From contig NC_083240.1 in the NCBI RefSeq assembly GCF_032191835.1, forward strand, positions 48,484,001-48,548,000: a DNA stretch of 64,000 nt, given 5' to 3'. Each line of letters begins with the position of its first letter. Position 1 is the first letter of the stretch. The notes beneath the pieces were generated by a model, which saw only the letters and a program-made list of their open reading frames with translations, was not told the origin of the DNA and did no database searches. Shown in pieces: positions 60,851 through 64,000 of this stretch. This DNA comes from Heteronotia binoei. Its lineage: Eukaryota. Made by a program: the position numbers and the translations under genes.

Positions 60851-62656
60851 GTGGGTGTCTGTCTGGGGCTTTGGGCTGCTTCATCAGAGGCTGGGGATGT
60901 GTAGCCTGGAGGGTGCAGCCAGAGGAGGTGCTGCCTGCCAAAAAGGAGAGAAGCGGGATGCCCTTCTGATGAGCCACTCTGCTTCCAGGTGGGGCTTTGA
61001 GAGGGCCAGTGCTGTGGAGCGGTTGGACTGCTGGACTGGGACTGACGGAAAGAGCCACTCAGCTGCGAATTGCACCTGTTGAACTTGCTCCTTTTGGTTA
61101 ACTTGTAGCCTGACCTACCTCATGGGGTTGTTATGAGGCTAAAATGGAGGAGCCCTTCTGAGCACCTTGCTGACAGGGTGGGGCTGATCTCACTCAGGGT
61201 GTCTTAGCCAGAGGGCACCAAAGGACGAGCTCTGATTGGCCAGGGCAGCCTTTCCCAGCACATGGGATTAACCTGGGGAATGAGCTCCTGCGTCTGCCCA
61301 AGGAGTGGGGGGGTCTTTGCCCAAAGGAGTTTCAGCAGGGAGAAGATGGCAGAGACCTCACTAAAGGCTTCTGGAGTTCCTTGGGATTTGGCAGAATAGT
61401 GGGAGGGTGGGATGGCCGGAGGAGGAGGAGCTGCTGTGGTGATTTGGCCACCCGGTCGCAGCTGGCTTCAGGCCAGGGATGAGTTTGCTGTTGCTGCCTC
61501 CGCGGTGAGGCCCCTGGACTGCCTCGGTGGTCTCCCCTCCAGGGCTGACCCTGCTTCACTTCCGAGATCTGACAAGCCTGGGCTATGCAGGTCAGATGCT
61601 GGCAAGTCACAGCTGACTTATGGTGGCCCCCATAGGCATTTCAGGGAATGCTGCCTGCCTCCGCCTCACGCCCCTGGCTGGCCTGAAAGCCAGACGAAAG
61701 AAGAAGGCTCCAGTCCGTGTGGAAGCCCAGGTCAGACTCAGATGATTGACTCTAAAGCTGTGCTGTTTTAGGCCTGTAAGATAACATGAGTTCTTTTTAG
61801 GAAAGAGAAGACTGCAGCCCAGGAGAAAGGAATGTTGGGAGTTGGGCATCTTGCCAGGAGAAAGCCAGAGAGCTGACTGAATTATCAGGGGAGGGCAGCA
61901 GGAAGCGAAGTTACTGATTGAATTGTGATTCAGGATGACAAGGCTGGTGGCATGAAGCTGAGTCGTGTTTGCCAGGAGCTTTGGGGACGGCGGTGGAGGA
62001 GGTTCTGTGCTGTCAGAGGGAACTCGGTGGCTGGATTGTGCTAATGGTCAGCGACTGCATAGGATGTAAAAGACAATACAGGGAGAGGATCTTTGTCTTC
62101 TAGCCTGGTGTAGCTTAATGGCTTTCATCCTGTTGGCACTCCCTGTTTTCTCCCCAAAAGGCTTCCTTGACAGTTGACATCCCTGCAAGGTCACTTGCTG
62201 TGTTCATTGCTGCAGGATTAATCATGAGATGCAAAGGGCGGCAGTTGCTCCCCACACTTTGTACTTGCCGCATGGCTGAAGGGGGGGGGGGGGGCGGTGT
62301 ACAGATGAAAGTGACGTAGGCAGCATCTGTCTGTGGCTTTTTCTCCCAGATGTGCAGAAGCCAGAATTTGACCCCATTGCATGTTAAGGCATGTGGCACT
62401 AGGACTCTGCTGAATGCCCAAGCTGGCCCAAAGAGCGCATAAAAATTGCTGTGCTGGATCAGACCGAGGTCCATGTCACCTTCTCCAGCAGCGGCAGCTG
62501 GATGCTGCTCTGGGGTGCTGGCAAGTGGGTCGTCATGGGAGTGCCCTCCCCGCCCCCCACTGCTGGGCTCTGTGCTGAGCAGCAGGTTGCCTCTGGGCTG
62601 GGGGTTTGCACGATGCTTTCTCCTGTTCTAAACTGATGCTTCCTTACCTTTTCTAG

Positions 62657-62709
62657 CCTGTAGTGAAGCTGCTTTACAACAGAAGTAATAACAAATACTC
62701 CTACACGAG
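62657..62709 (+). CDS. TNFAIP1: TNFAIP1 coding exon 4 (53 bp); gene continues beyond the window
   Basis: PVVKLLYNRSNNKYSYT; AG/GT sites. Confidence 0.96.
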
Positions 62710-63519
62710 GTAAGCCCTGTGCTTTCTGAGTCCGGATGGTCCTTTTCTGTGCTGCTGGCACAAAGGCCCTACAGGGCTGCCACAACCTGCCCCCTGGAGG
62801 TGGAGGGGCTTGGGAAGTCAGGCAGCCTCATGCGGGAGCTTCGCGAGGTTTGGGGGTGGGAGGTGGCTGACTGGCTGGGAGGCAGATCAGATCTGTTTAT
62901 TTGATTGGTTTATATCCTGCCTTTCCCGCCCCCCAGCGGGGGCCTGGAGTTGCTTATGTGGTTCTGCTGTTTCAGTTTTAACCTCACAACAACCCCTTGA
63001 GGTTGACGAGGTCAGGTAAGAATGACTGACCCAAGTCTCCCAGTGAGCTCCCATGGCAGCAGAGGGGGGATTCGAACCTGGGATTCCTAGTCCAACACTT
63101 GGACCACTGGCTGATAGGGTAGTGGAGTGGAGAAGAGCCAGGAGGGCGGGAGGGAGAGAGGGGGCCGCCCACAGATAAAGTGAAAACTTAATAGGAGGTG
63201 GTTATTATTATGGAACGAAACCCTCTGCCGGCAGGTGTTCAAAGAAGAGCCAATGCATTTTTAATCCACCCTTCTTTCCAGGGGCTCAGAGCTGCAACCA
63301 TAATTCCCAGCCCTGCGTTCTCGTCTCTTGCAGCCCTGGGATGCTCATCTCTCTGGCAGGGAATGTGTCTGTCCCCAGTTGTGCCAGATTTGGTAACCAT
63401 ATTGTGGGTAGTCTGGCTTAGCAAAATTATCACTTATTCATTTCTGGGATTAAAGCTGTAATGATAGCATTGTTCCATGGACTGGGTTTCTGTTGGTTTT
63501 ATGTAGTTATTTTATTTAA

Positions 63520-64000
63520 TCTCAGAGTTGGAAGGGACCACCAGGATCATCTAGTCCAACCCCCTGCTAACACAGGAACTACAGCTATAATATCCCAGAT
63601 AAGTAGGTATCCACATGATACTTAAAAACCTCCAGTGACAAACAAGGCAGACTGTTCCAGTGTCAAGCACCTCTTAGCATCAGGAAGTTCTTCCTCTAAT
63701 TTAGGTGAAACTGCCTTTGCTGTAGTTTATATCCATTAATCTGAGTCCTGTCATCCAACACAATGGAAAACCTGTGTGCCCTGTCCTCTGCGTGGCAATC
63801 CTTTAGGTATCTCTCAGGTGGCAATCTGATCAGGCGTCTCTTCTCCAGTGTAGAGATTCCCAGCTTCTTTACCCTCCCCTCATAGGACACAGTCTCCAAA
63901 CCTCTCCCTGGCTACTTGGGGCTCCTTTTAGCTTTTTGACATCCTTCCTAAATTGTAGTGCCCCAAACTGAAAACAGTGCACCAGGTGAGGTCTGGCCAG
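63520..64000 (-). mobile_element. CR1 3' fragment
   Basis: CR1 ORF2 end (RPHLVHCFQFG...KLGISTLEKRRL) and ccttccaactctgag 3' terminus on the minus strand. Confidence 0.78.

Overview
Vertebrate genomic DNA from a squamate reptile, probably a gecko (inferred from the CR1/L2/SINE/hAT repertoire), covering the TMEM97-IFT20-TNFAIP1 locus. Four spliced protein-coding genes can be built exon by exon. TMEM97 (minus, 3 exons, 170 aa) sits head-to-head, 150 bp apart, with an intron-containing divergent NCBP2/CBP20 paralog (plus, 4 exons, 170 aa) that has a U12-type intron. IFT20 (minus, 4 coding exons, 132 aa) follows, then the first four coding exons of TNFAIP1 (plus, continuing past the window). The first ~15 kb and ~32-47 kb are almost entirely transposable elements: CR1, L2, DIRS, Ty1/copia, nested chromodomain Ty3/gypsy elements, Penelope hairpins, hAT MITEs, SINEs and a solo LTR. 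Best leads: (1) the NCBP2 paralog at a non-NCBP2 locus; (2) a complete PEG10-type -1 frameshift cassette (G GGA AAC plus H-type pseudoknot) in a gypsy element; (3) a ~400-codon decayed reading frame restored by removing a MITE; (4) a ~17 kb TE-filled gap splitting the IFT20/TNFAIP1 head-to-head promoter; (5) an inverted local copy of IFT20 intron sequence. Comparisons to human genes are from recall, not from database searches.
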